NCBI GenBank assembly: GCA_965223845.1 | Contig: CBDCXR010000004.1 | Coordinates: 288,001 to 352,000, forward strand | DNA: 64,000 bases | Direction of reading: 5' to 3' | Origin: Planctomycetota bacterium | GTDB taxonomy: Bacteria > Planctomycetota > UBA8108 > SXIK01 | Shown: positions 28,284 through 38,386 of the stretch, piece after piece | Layout: every line of letters starts with the position of its first letter | Numbering within the stretch: the first letter of the stretch is position 1 | Notes under the pieces: generated by a model | Database searches by the model: none | The model's input: only the letters and a program-made list of their open reading frames with translations | Told to the model about the DNA's origin: nothing | Program-made: the position numbers and the translations under genes

Positions 28284-29387
28284 TCACCTTCGGCTGGACG
28301 ATTCTCTCCTCGTCTTCACCCACGCCTCGTAGAGCTTGAGGACGTCCTCGCGGCTCGTGAAGGGGGCGATCACGAGCCGGGCGCGATAGCTGTACTTCTT
28401 TCCCTTGACCGGTTCACGAATGACAAACTGCCAGTCCCAAGCGGGGCGGTGTGGATCGGCCTTGCCTTCCGCATTCTTCACAAAGTTCCACATGGCGAAG
28501 CGAATGGTCGATTTCTGATCGAACATCATGACGTAGGCCAGCGGATCCTTTTTCGTTTCGAGGTCGTGGTCACCGTCGAGGATGCCGTAGTAGAACGGTT
28601 TTAGAAACTGCTTCGAGGGATGCTCGATGATGTTGAGGGTTTGGCTCCCCTTCTCGTAGGGCAAGGGACTCGTTCCCTGGTACGAAACCGTTCCGGTTTC
28701 GAATCCACTCTCTCGATCTTCCCCGAAGGCGACCCAACCCTCGCGATCGCCGTCGAGGCCGTAGAAGTGGATTCTCCGATCCCGGGCGCACGCCATGTAG
28801 CTCGCCCACATGAACGCCGCATATCCCTTCCCGAAGCGATCCTGGGTCGGCGTCGCCTCGAATTCGATGTCGATGGAGTTTCGCCCCGACAGGGCGTAAG
28901 TCATCCGGCACTCCATCCCCCAAGACGAGTGTTTGGCCGGCCAATGAAGCGAAACGGACTTGGGGGAAACCTGGACCAGTTCCACTCGATCGCGACGCGG
29001 CGTGAACATGGAGATCGATCTGTCCGCCGCGACGCCACTAAAAATGTGTTCGAAATTGAGTCCCGTCGCCGCGGTCGAAAAGATCGGCTTCCCCGGATAG
29101 GGCCGGTAGACGAGTGGGTTGAACCCGCTTTCCGAGCGACCCGCGTTCGCGACGTTATCGAGCACGCGGCCCAAGAGGGAATCGCTCTCGACGTATCCGA
29201 TCTTGCCGCCGGTGCCGACGGGCATCAGTGGCATCCCGAATCGGGCGCTAGGGCGCTTCTCTTCGTCAGAGCCACTCGCTATCTGGACGACTAAGAAGAG
29301 GGCGAGGAGCGCGCTCCAGCGAACGGCTCGGGTCCGGGATCGAGCTAGCCGCGCAACTAACGGTGAGGATCGGCTGAATCCGCTCAT
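28284..29387 (-). CDS. Secreted hypothetical protein, possibly mutarotase-like beta-sandwich
   Basis: Signal-like WSALLALFLVVQIA; GLNFEHIF, FMWASY, PAWDWQF; start chosen at MSGFSRS. Confidence 0.7.
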   Translation of the reverse strand: MSGFSRSSPLVARLARSRTRAVRWSALLALFLVVQIASGSDEEKRPSARFGMPLMPVGTGGKIGYVESDSLLGRVLDNVANAGRSESGFNPLVYRPYPGKPIFSTAATGLNFEHIFSGVAADRSISMFTPRRDRVELVQVSPKSVSLHWPAKHSSWGMECRMTYALSGRNSIDIEFEATPTQDRFGKGYAAFMWASYMACARDRRIHFYGLDGDREGWVAFGEDRESGFETGTVSYQGTSPLPYEKGSQTLNIIEHPSKQFLKPFYYGILDGDHDLETKKDPLAYVMMFDQKSTIRFAMWNFVKNAEGKADPHRPAWDWQFVIREPVKGKKYSYRARLVIAPFTSREDVLKLYEAWVKTRRESSSRR

Positions 29388-29436
29388 ACGGCCCCTCGTT
29401 CGAATTCGAAAGCCACGGAGAGGATCCGCGGTCGGG

Positions 29437-31770
29437 CTACATAGGGCAGACAAACTCCCAGCAGCCCAGATTACCCTCTTCGCCCGCACGCTCTACGTCT
29501 TGTCCGCAAATCGGATACGGCGTGTGCGGAGGTGCTCCGCTCCCGAAGAGATAATTGAGCAATCGAATCGGGTCGGTGATCGAAATCCCCCCGCTGTTGT
29601 CGACGTCGAGCGGGTTCGGGCACTGCGGGATCGGGAGATCGCCCCCGAAGAGATAGGTGAGCGTCGCGATCGCGTCCGCGATGTTCACCGATCCGTCCTG
29701 GTTGCTGTCCCCGCGGATGAACGGTGTGTCGGTGAACAGCTTGCCGATGGTGGCGGTGTAGATCTCGTCCGCTCCCGGGGAGCCGTTCGTGGGGTCGAGA
29801 TCTCCGCCGAGGTGGGGGAGGTCGTCGAGGAGAAGAAGAACTTCCGGAAGGGCGTCGATCCCGAAGAACGTGAGTCTCTCCTCATCGACCGAGCGCCTCG
29901 CGGCGAGCAGCAAGAACGTGAGGCTGACCGCCCGGTTCACGCCGGGGGCGTCGGGTCCCTCGTCGAACGCTTGAAACAGTCGCCAGAGGAGATCGCCGAC
30001 GATCTCACGGTCCCGGTCTCGGAGGCCGGTCGTTTCGTCGAGGCAGAAGGCTGCTGCGTGGGGCGCAGCCGCCGGCGCGCCGACGCCGGCCGTCGCTTCG
30101 TATCCGACGCGGCAGTCGCGGTTCGTCATCGCGATCAGCGCGTCGCAGATTCCCTCGAACAGCCAGCGGAACCCGAGCCGCGTTTGACTTCTTTGTGAGA
30201 GATTCGCGACGAGATAGTGAGCGAACTCGTGCTGGAAGACAGTGGGAACCACATTCCAGCGTGGTAAGCCGTTGGGCCGGCCGTCGAGGTTGTAGACCAC
30301 CGACGATTGAATGGTCGAACAGCCGGTATTGGCGGGTTCGTAGCTTTGATACGCAATCAGGTGCTGCGGCCGTATCGTCAGACACTGGAACGGCAAGAAA
30401 GGATCGCGTTCGAGAAGATTCGCTTCGAGAGCCCGGCGCGCGAACGTGAGCATGTCGGCGGCGTGTTTGTAGGTCTGAACGCTCCAGCGAAAGAGGGCTC
30501 GTTCCTCCGGCTCTTGTGAATCGATGAGTTCCGGGTCGACTAGAAACGAGAACGGTTCGTTCGGATTCTGCCGGAGCATCGCGTCTGGAACGCCGTCCTG
30601 GTTGGCGTCGAATTCGATCGGGAGGTTGGGTTCGAAGCCAAACTCGCGAAACTCGGGCCGGATCGAAAAGATCGCGCCGTTTTCGTCGCGCCCGTATCGT
30701 TCTGGTACGACGTGCTCGAGTGAGGCGAGAAGGCGAACGCGACCTTCGGCGTCGATGTGTTCCTCCGCGATCGTTCCTTCAAACGTGCCGTCCGGCTCGG
30801 TGGTCGCGATCAACTCGCCGGCGAATTCGCGGATCGAGCATCCGTCGAGGGGGACTTCCGTCAGTCGGGCGGCGAACGGTGACGTGTGGAGGTTCTCCGC
30901 CGAGGGGATGGCTCCGTGCGCGGATCCGCTCACGTCGCCCTCGAAGAAGAAGACATCGCGCCGACGAGCGAGGAGCGCGCCGTCGTCCGCCGCGCGGATG
31001 TTCTCGCACGGAGATTCTGCTGAAGTTTCGACCTGAAGACTCCAGATGAATTCTGGCTTCGCGTCCGGGTCGAACCCGAGATAGAGCTTGGCGCCCGTCA
31101 CGCTTCGTCCTTCCGCCTCCTCGATACTCGTGACGTGGGTCGCGGGGACGAGAGCTCCGCTGAGAACCTCGAGATCCTTTGCGCGCACGAGGTGGGCATT
31201 CAGCCAGTAGAGCCTTCCGTCCGGAGCGAGCACAACTCGGAGCGACGCGCCCCGGACGGGGATCCGACCGTCACCGCCGCTCGGGTGAGGCACTGCTTGA
31301 CCGAATAGGAAAACACGAAGCTGAGCGACGGAATAGACGTACGGTTCGGTGAGAGCCGACGAAGAAACTCCGAAGAATTCGGAGTGCTCGTCGACGAACG
31401 CGCGGATCGCCTCCTCTGCATGCGCCGAGTCGGGATCGTCGTCGGTCAGTGGCGGCGCAATGGGTGCGCTCGCCGTCGGTAAGACGAATTGAGGGGTCTC
31501 GAGCTCGGCGTCCCAGAACACCCTCCACTCATACCCTTCGCGCTGCCAAAACTGGCCGACGGGCGCGGGCACGCTCGCGCCGAACCGGTACGCCTCGCGC
31601 GCGTCCCCGATCGGAATGCTCCAGTCGTGCCCGTTGATCTCGACGGGCGCGGGGTCCGTCGGAACCTCGCTCTCTCGCTCGCCATCCGCTGCGAGCGCCG
31701 CTTGCGAAGAAGTCGCGAGCGACGCCGCGAGGAGCCCCATGACGATCAAGTGGTACCGAGAAGCGTCCAT
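29437..31770 (-). CDS. Secreted zinc metallopeptidase-like protein with C-terminal dockerin-like domain
   Basis: Signal peptide, propeptide-like region, HEFAH...EGICD gluzincin pattern, FIRGDSNQDGSVNIAD tail. Confidence 0.75.
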   Translation of the reverse strand: MDASRYHLIVMGLLAASLATSSQAALAADGERESEVPTDPAPVEINGHDWSIPIGDAREAYRFGASVPAPVGQFWQREGYEWRVFWDAELETPQFVLPTASAPIAPPLTDDDPDSAHAEEAIRAFVDEHSEFFGVSSSALTEPYVYSVAQLRVFLFGQAVPHPSGGDGRIPVRGASLRVVLAPDGRLYWLNAHLVRAKDLEVLSGALVPATHVTSIEEAEGRSVTGAKLYLGFDPDAKPEFIWSLQVETSAESPCENIRAADDGALLARRRDVFFFEGDVSGSAHGAIPSAENLHTSPFAARLTEVPLDGCSIREFAGELIATTEPDGTFEGTIAEEHIDAEGRVRLLASLEHVVPERYGRDENGAIFSIRPEFREFGFEPNLPIEFDANQDGVPDAMLRQNPNEPFSFLVDPELIDSQEPEERALFRWSVQTYKHAADMLTFARRALEANLLERDPFLPFQCLTIRPQHLIAYQSYEPANTGCSTIQSSVVYNLDGRPNGLPRWNVVPTVFQHEFAHYLVANLSQRSQTRLGFRWLFEGICDALIAMTNRDCRVGYEATAGVGAPAAAPHAAAFCLDETTGLRDRDREIVGDLLWRLFQAFDEGPDAPGVNRAVSLTFLLLAARRSVDEERLTFFGIDALPEVLLLLDDLPHLGGDLDPTNGSPGADEIYTATIGKLFTDTPFIRGDSNQDGSVNIADAIATLTYLFGGDLPIPQCPNPLDVDNSGGISITDPIRLLNYLFGSGAPPHTPYPICGQDVERAGEEGNLGCWEFVCPM

Positions 31771-31959
31771 CCTCGATCCTCCTCGTCTCCTGTGCGTAGC
31801 GCAGAAAGTGCAGAGGCACGGTATTGAGCGAGTTAAGTTTTGTCAATATTGTTCCTGGGAGAAGGTGGGCGCGGCGCGCGATTCGGAGTATGGTGGCGCC
31901 TGGAGATCGTTCGTAGCAGCGGGGCGCGTCATCGTCGACTCAAGGTGAGAGAGCTCAGC

Positions 31960-34782
31960 ATGATTCGCGCGCGACGGAATCCTATCGGGGCTTGGCTCGT
32001 CGCCATTGTCTGCGCCCTCGCTACGGGAACAACGCTCCGTGCGCTCGACTGCAATCGAAACGGCCGTCACGATGCGCTCGATCTCGCGCACGGCTATAGC
32101 TTCGACTGCAACCGCAACGGCATTCCCGACGAATGCGATGAGTCGGAGGCCTTCGCGGATGGAACGCGTCTCGACTGCAACCGAAACGGCATCGAGGACT
32201 GGTGCGACATCGCCCCGAGATTCCGCTTCGGTCGCGAAGAGGAGATGTTCCACTTTGGGTTTTCGCCGACCGATCTAGTCGCGGTCGATCTCGATGGCGA
32301 AGCCGGCGAGGAGCTCATCGGGCTCGGGAACGGCCGAATTGTCGTCCTGGGATTCGACGCGGCGGGGCGAGTCGTCCGCCGGGGCGAGTACCCCGATTGT
32401 GGAGGAAATTCGCGCCTCGCGACTGGGGATGTAAACGGCGACGGGCGAACGGATCTCGTGACGTACCGGCTGCCCTACGGCGACGCCGAGGAAGCACCCG
32501 AAGCGGGGAATCTCGGCGTTCGGTTCGGTCGCGCCGACGGCTTTTCAGATTGTGTATCGGTCGCCGTTCCGGGAGGTCCAGAGAGTCTCACGATCGCCGA
32601 TGCCGACGCAGACGGCATTCAGGACGTGTGCTGCGGAACTCGCTCGGGGACGATCGAGATTCTCTGGGGAGCGGGAGACGACGGCGGCGGCGAGGCGTTC
32701 ACCGTGCGGTCGACCATCGAGACGACGTACGCGGCGACCGCGCTCTTCGTCGAGGACTTCGACCGAGACGGATTCCCCGATCTTCTCGTCGGTGAGCGGG
32801 AGCTCAAGGAGGATCGGTTTCGCCTGTTCGCTTCGCGGGTCGACGTGCGGTGGGGCGATGCTTCGCGCTCGTTCGAGGAACGGACGCTTTTTTCCGCGCG
32901 AACCGGACTCGGCGGCCTCGCCGTGGCGGACTTGAACGGGGACGCGAGACTCGATGTGGCGCTCGTCCAGTCGAACACGGCGCTTCGCTTCCTCGAGCCT
33001 CGCACTTCTCTCTACTCGTTCCTCAACGAGGGCGATCGGATTTTTCGGCTGCTTCCTCCACTCGACGTCTGGATGACGCACGACGATCGACTTCTGCGTA
33101 TACCCCGAGCCGACAGAGACGGAGATGAGGTGCTTTACCATTCGCTTCATCCCGACATCGGCCGACGTCCGAATGACTCGGGACGCCTCTACCGGTTTTC
33201 GTGGAGGAGCGGAGAGCTCCATCGGTCGGAGCCTATCGGAACCGCGAAGCCGCTTCTCGCCTCCGCCGTATTCGACGTCGATCGCGACGGCGACCCGGAC
33301 ATTGTCTATTCCGACGGCGATCGCACGCACGTCCTGCGAGCGAACGAAGGACTGGGAGCCTCCGCGCTCTTTGGATGGTACGAGCGAATTCAGGGGCACC
33401 TCACGCTTCCCACCGGCGTGGCCTCGCGCGACTGGGATGGAGACGGCCACCTCGACCTCGCGGCGGGAGTCGATGTTCAGACGTACATCCGCTTCCTCTG
33501 GGGCGGTGCGGACGACCTCGGCGCCGCGACGACCGTCGAGCTCGAGCACGAATCGCGAAAGCTCAATCCCGTCGATTTCGATCGAGATGGCGACCTCGAC
33601 ATCGCAGTGACGATCCATCCCAACCCCAGTGCCAAGAACCGGAATCGGCTCCAGATCCTTTGGAACGAGGGAAACCGCGAGTGGCGCACCGAGCTCGTCG
33701 CTGGATCCGACCTCGGCTACAGCAGCCGCGCCGTATTCGCGGCGGACTTTGACGGGGACGGATGGGAAGACCTCATTTGGCATTCAACTCCCACTACCGT
33801 GGGCTACTTCCCCAACGACCACGGGTCGTTTCCGCATCAGCGGCATTTCAAAGTCGGTTTGACGAACGATGAGCTACAGCCGATCGATATCGATGGCGAA
33901 GGCCCTCTTGAGCTCGCGATTCCACTTGCGGACGATTTCATCGCGATCTACAGCCTTGCAGATTGGGAGCCCCGACTTCTTTACCGCATTCCGTTTTCGC
34001 CTCTCGATTCCTTTGGCCCCTTCTCGACCGGCGATTTCAATCTGGATGGGCATGAAGATCTGATCGTTACGCAAGAAGCCGCGGAAGATATCTACCTCCT
34101 CCTCAACGACGGCTCGGGGAAGCTCGAGATCCATCAGCGCATTCCCTTCAGCAAGATCTACGCGAATCTCGACGACAGCATCCCGCGCCTTCACCTGAAC
34201 GCGCTCATCTCCCGCGATATGGACGGCGATTTGTATCCGGATCTTCTCATCTTTCATCTGAACGGTTCCGAGATCGCATGGAATCGCGGCGACGGCTATC
34301 TCGACGAGCCGCAGTACATCGAGAATTGGGGCGTCTGGTTTGCGGAGGCGAACGATATGGACGGCGACGGTCTCGCCGACCTCGTTCTGTCGGAGTGGTC
34401 GAATCGGAATGTTCTCATCGCCCTCAACCGCACGCTCCCGGCGCGCAGCGTCGACGAGAATCTCGATGGGGTCCCCGACGAGTGTGATCTTCCTCCGCGA
34501 CCGCGATTCATCCGTGGCGACGTCGATGACGGTGGTTCTGTCGCCCTCAACGACGCGATCGTCGTCCTCAGCTATCTCTTCTCCGACGCCAGTGCTCCGC
34601 ATTGCCTCTCCGCTGCGGACGCGAACGACGACCGCAGGGTGAACCTCGCCGACGGAGTCGCGATCTTGAACATGCTCTTCCGCGGAGAGGGACCGCTTCC
34701 GCCGCCGAGCGGCGAGTGCGGAACGGACAGAACACAGGACGCGCTCACGTGTGAAGAAAGCGCGTGTCCGGCCGGGGAATAG
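31960..34782 (+). CDS. Secreted FG-GAP/VCBS repeat protein with DCNxNG repeats and dockerin-like domain
   Basis: Signal peptide, three DCNRNG repeats, many DxDGDGxxD repeats, FIRGDVDDGG tail. Confidence 0.88.
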   Translation: MIRARRNPIGAWLVAIVCALATGTTLRALDCNRNGRHDALDLAHGYSFDCNRNGIPDECDESEAFADGTRLDCNRNGIEDWCDIAPRFRFGREEEMFHFGFSPTDLVAVDLDGEAGEELIGLGNGRIVVLGFDAAGRVVRRGEYPDCGGNSRLATGDVNGDGRTDLVTYRLPYGDAEEAPEAGNLGVRFGRADGFSDCVSVAVPGGPESLTIADADADGIQDVCCGTRSGTIEILWGAGDDGGGEAFTVRSTIETTYAATALFVEDFDRDGFPDLLVGERELKEDRFRLFASRVDVRWGDASRSFEERTLFSARTGLGGLAVADLNGDARLDVALVQSNTALRFLEPRTSLYSFLNEGDRIFRLLPPLDVWMTHDDRLLRIPRADRDGDEVLYHSLHPDIGRRPNDSGRLYRFSWRSGELHRSEPIGTAKPLLASAVFDVDRDGDPDIVYSDGDRTHVLRANEGLGASALFGWYERIQGHLTLPTGVASRDWDGDGHLDLAAGVDVQTYIRFLWGGADDLGAATTVELEHESRKLNPVDFDRDGDLDIAVTIHPNPSAKNRNRLQILWNEGNREWRTELVAGSDLGYSSRAVFAADFDGDGWEDLIWHSTPTTVGYFPNDHGSFPHQRHFKVGLTNDELQPIDIDGEGPLELAIPLADDFIAIYSLADWEPRLLYRIPFSPLDSFGPFSTGDFNLDGHEDLIVTQEAAEDIYLLLNDGSGKLEIHQRIPFSKIYANLDDSIPRLHLNALISRDMDGDLYPDLLIFHLNGSEIAWNRGDGYLDEPQYIENWGVWFAEANDMDGDGLADLVLSEWSNRNVLIALNRTLPARSVDENLDGVPDECDLPPRPRFIRGDVDDGGSVALNDAIVVLSYLFSDASAPHCLSAADANDDRRVNLADGVAILNMLFRGEGPLPPPSGECGTDRTQDALTCEESACPAGE

Positions 34783-35090
34783 ATTGTCTTCGCAAGACGG
34801 TGGGGGGCGTTTGAGCGAAGCGGAGATTCGCGACTCGACGCGGCAGCTCAGTTCGCGTGGAGATTTTCAGCTAACTCGGAGTCCGGACGTCGATCGAGCG
34901 AACGAGCCGCCGCCGTTGCTCGAGTGGATTCCCGAGCGTCGTTCATCCGTCCCTCGATCCGAAACGCGGCGCCGACGTGTTCGAACTTTCCCGGCGACGG
35001 TTCGGCGCGGCCTGTTGACCGGATCCCGGCCGGCGGCGACGATTCCGGCGGGATCAGTAGACCAAACCGGGAATCGTGCTCGGAGAGATC

Positions 35091-35879
35091 ATGGGCGAAA
35101 GAAGCTCGCATACACCAGGGACGTTCTGTTGGGTCGATCTCGCAACATCGGATTCGGCCGGTGCGAAGGAATTCTACGGCGAGCTCTTCGGGTGGGAGAC
35201 AGTCGACAAGCCCACCGAAGCCGGCGGGGTCTACACGATGTTCGAGCTCGGCGGCAAGGACGTGTGTGGTGCGTTCGAGCTCGACGAAACGATGCGTAGC
35301 CACGGAGTCCCGCCGCACTGGCAAAGCTACGTGTCGGTGGCGAGCGCGGACGTCTCGGCGGCGAGAGCGAAGGAGCTCGGCGGCAGCGTTCTCATGGATC
35401 CGTTCGACGTCATGGAGGCCGGCCGGATGGCGGCGATCCGAGACCCTCTCGGCGCCGTTTTCTCGATCTGGGAGGCGCGCGAACGCTGCGGCGCTCAGCT
35501 CGTGAACCAGCCGAGCTGCCTCTGCTGGAACGAGCTCCGCACGACCGACACCGCGGCGGCGCAGGAGTTCTATCACGGTCCGTTCGGCTGGACGACGCGC
35601 GCCGACTCCGGATCCCCGCAGTACTTCGAGTTCGAGCACGACGGTCGCGCGGCGGGCGGCATGATCGCGATTCAGCCGGAGTGGGGGAGTGTGCCGCCGA
35701 ACTGGGCCGTCTACTTCTCCGTCGCCGATTTCGATGCGTCGTTCGAGACGGCGAAACGCCTCGGCGCGAGCGCGTTCATGCCTCCGATAGACGTCGAAGA
35801 AGTCGGTCGGTTCGCCATGGTCGGAGACCCACAGGGCGCCTTCTTTTCGATGATTCAGCTCACGCGCGTCGACGAGTGA
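35091..35879 (+). CDS. VOC/glyoxalase double-domain protein (CFP32-like)
   Basis: PGTFCWVDL..FYGELFGW; second domain CWNELRT; GRFAMVGDPQGA. Confidence 0.92.
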   Translation: MGERSSHTPGTFCWVDLATSDSAGAKEFYGELFGWETVDKPTEAGGVYTMFELGGKDVCGAFELDETMRSHGVPPHWQSYVSVASADVSAARAKELGGSVLMDPFDVMEAGRMAAIRDPLGAVFSIWEARERCGAQLVNQPSCLCWNELRTTDTAAAQEFYHGPFGWTTRADSGSPQYFEFEHDGRAAGGMIAIQPEWGSVPPNWAVYFSVADFDASFETAKRLGASAFMPPIDVEEVGRFAMVGDPQGAFFSMIQLTRVDE

Positions 35880-36082
35880 CGATCGTGTCCTGAGGTGAGA
35901 CGCACTGAAAACTCGCGGCACGAACGGGACGGTCTGCACGTGCTGCGAGAGCGGCAGCACTCGCCGCAGCGATCGGGTAGACTCGATCGCCGAAGCCTTT
36001 CGCGCCCCGTACCGGGGACCTCGCCGGTCGAGTGATCTTCGTTTTAGTTCTGAACGTTCTCGAGTTCGACGGAGGGACAATC

Positions 36083-36613
36083 GTGATCGTCAACCCGACT
36101 CGTGTCTATCGCTTCGGTCTCTTCATCGTCCTTCTGCTCTCGCTCGGAGCTTGCGAGTCGAAACCCCGGGACCCGAATCGCCACTACGAAGACGGCGGCG
36201 GATTTTCGCTCGTCGCGCCCGACGGATGGAACGTCACGGAGTTCCCCGGATTCAAGTACAGGGTATTCCTCGGAACGCCGGTCGATGAGTTCGCTCCGAA
36301 CCTCAACGTCGTCGACGAGGTGTTTCAGGGGACGATCGATCGGTACGTCGAGCAGTCACTCACGACGATGGAGAAGCTGTTTCCGGAGTTTGAGAAGCTC
36401 TCTCAGGAAGACTTCACTCTCGACTCGGGTGCCCGTGCCGTCAGAATCGTCACGCAGAACGTGCAGTTCGGGAAGAAGCTCACGCAGACGTTCTACATGG
36501 TCGGCGATGGCTCGACGAAGTACGTCTTGACGGCGTCGAAATTGGCGACAGACACGCGCGACCTCGACCCGCTCTTTGACGCGAGCGCTCGATCCTTTCG
36601 CTTTGACGACTGA
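36083..36613 (+). CDS. PsbP/DcrB-like lipoprotein
   Basis: Lipobox LGAC; FSLVAPDGW, FAPNLNV, FDASARSFRF. Confidence 0.7.
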   Translation: MIVNPTRVYRFGLFIVLLLSLGACESKPRDPNRHYEDGGGFSLVAPDGWNVTEFPGFKYRVFLGTPVDEFAPNLNVVDEVFQGTIDRYVEQSLTTMEKLFPEFEKLSQEDFTLDSGARAVRIVTQNVQFGKKLTQTFYMVGDGSTKYVLTASKLATDTRDLDPLFDASARSFRFDD

Positions 36614-36637
36614 TCCGCGGCACGCGGTCGGAGCGCC

Positions 36638-37984
36638 TCACTCCACGAGCTCGACCGACACCTCGTCTCGCTTTCCGTTCCGGATGACCGTGAACCGAAG
36701 CTTGTCGCCGACCTCGTGAGCGAACTTGATCCCGTAGATGAACGCCCGGTGGGTAATCTTGGGATCGATGGACTTCCCGTTGAGCGCCACGACGATATCC
36801 CCCTCGCGAAGACCCGCGCGGAGTGCGGCCTGTCCCGATGGTGACTGTCGGTTGATCCATCGGACGTCGAGCGCGCCCGCTCCCTTTGGCAAGCGGAGCC
36901 GCGCGAGCTTCTTTTTTTCGACGGGCGGAAAGTACACCTTGAGTCGCGGCGAGAGACTCCACATCGAGCCTCGCCAGGAGATGTCGCTCTCCTTCCAGCC
37001 CTTCTTGAGCTCGACGGTCCGCTTCCCGCTTTTCGATCCGGTGACGTCGACGGTCGTATCGGCGTTCGGGAGGGCGTGGAGAACCCACTGCATATCGGCG
37101 ATCGAAGTCATCGGCTGTCCGTTCATCGACAGGATCTCCTCGCCGTGACGGAGTCCCGCTTTCGCCGCCGGCTCACCGCGAGCGACCTTGCGTACGCGCG
37201 TGCCGTGATCGGCGTCGATCAAAAGTCCGATGTTGTCGGGAAGCGGGTACCGCCAAAGGAGATCGCGGTTGAACTCACCGCGGTCGCGCGCCGCCTTCTG
37301 CTCCGCGTCGTGGATGTTGTGGCAGTGGATGCAGTTGTTCCGCGCGGTGGCCTTGGCGAATCTCGCTCGTCCCTCGAGCCCGGGCATATCGAGCGCAGTT
37401 TTGTACGGCTTCTTCGGTGGACGCTTCCCCGCGAGGGCGCTCGCATTCGCGGGGTAGTTCTTGTGCAGCTCGAGCACGCGGCGCATCGTTTTCTCGAGTC
37501 CGGTCATCGAATTGTAGGCGTCCGGACCGGCGTCGCCCTGCGTTCCGTAGCGAGCGTAGATCGTGCCGTCTGCGTTCAGAAACACGGCCGCCCAGTTGAG
37601 ATCGAAGTCGAACTGAAAGATCGACAGATCGACGCCCTTCATTTCCACCTGGCGCACGGAGATGAACTCCTTCCGCGCCAGCTTCTGAACGCGGCCGTTT
37701 CCTCCGGCGACGGAGGCGTCGAATCCGGCGCAGGCATCGCACGGAACACAACGAAACGTGACGAAGAGGGGCTTCTTCTCTTTTCGCGCTTCCTCCATCG
37801 CCTGACCGATGTCGTTGTAGATCCAGAGATCGCTTCCCCGAGGGTTCTTGTCCTTCAGGATCTCCGCGAGATCCCCCGCGTCGCCGGCCTGTGCCGGGCC
37901 GGTGGCCAGGGCGGCGAGGAATCCGATCACAAGGAGCGGACTCGGGTGCACGCGAGTCCCGCGAGAGTTCGGTCGAGATGGCAT
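36638..37984 (-). CDS. Secreted thioredoxin-like/PDZ domain protein (Cys form)
   Basis: KPLFVTFRCVPCDAC, CIHCH and two PDZ-like domains (AAKAGLRHGE, ALRAGLREGD). Confidence 0.88.
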   Translation of the reverse strand: MPSRPNSRGTRVHPSPLLVIGFLAALATGPAQAGDAGDLAEILKDKNPRGSDLWIYNDIGQAMEEARKEKKPLFVTFRCVPCDACAGFDASVAGGNGRVQKLARKEFISVRQVEMKGVDLSIFQFDFDLNWAAVFLNADGTIYARYGTQGDAGPDAYNSMTGLEKTMRRVLELHKNYPANASALAGKRPPKKPYKTALDMPGLEGRARFAKATARNNCIHCHNIHDAEQKAARDRGEFNRDLLWRYPLPDNIGLLIDADHGTRVRKVARGEPAAKAGLRHGEEILSMNGQPMTSIADMQWVLHALPNADTTVDVTGSKSGKRTVELKKGWKESDISWRGSMWSLSPRLKVYFPPVEKKKLARLRLPKGAGALDVRWINRQSPSGQAALRAGLREGDIVVALNGKSIDPKITHRAFIYGIKFAHEVGDKLRFTVIRNGKRDEVSVELVE

Positions 37985-38386
37985 GGGAGTCTCCTGGGTA
38001 TTCGCCGAGGAGGGAGGAGTCCCTCCGCTACAGACGGAGCCGCTTCGGGGTTCCGCGTCTCGGAGTAGCACGCGGGCTTCCGTCGGCGCCGATCATCCTC
38101 CCGGTCGCCGGAGATCCCACCGAGCAACTCCAAGTTCCCGCTACGTAAGACGAGAGAAACGCGTCTCGGTTGCACCGGGTCGCTCCGGGATGGAGCAAAA
38201 CTGGGGAGCTCTCGCGGTTTTCGGGCCGGGAGAGGGGCGGATCGGGCCGTCCTCGACCCCGGTCCCGCCCCATCTCCAGGATTTTCGAGGATTCGTGAGC
38301 TCCTTTCGCGACCGTTGTCGCCGTGAGGGCAAGTGAGGCGCGCGGGCGCTTCGAAGGCTCGGGAACTTGTCCCCAGGAGGATTCCG

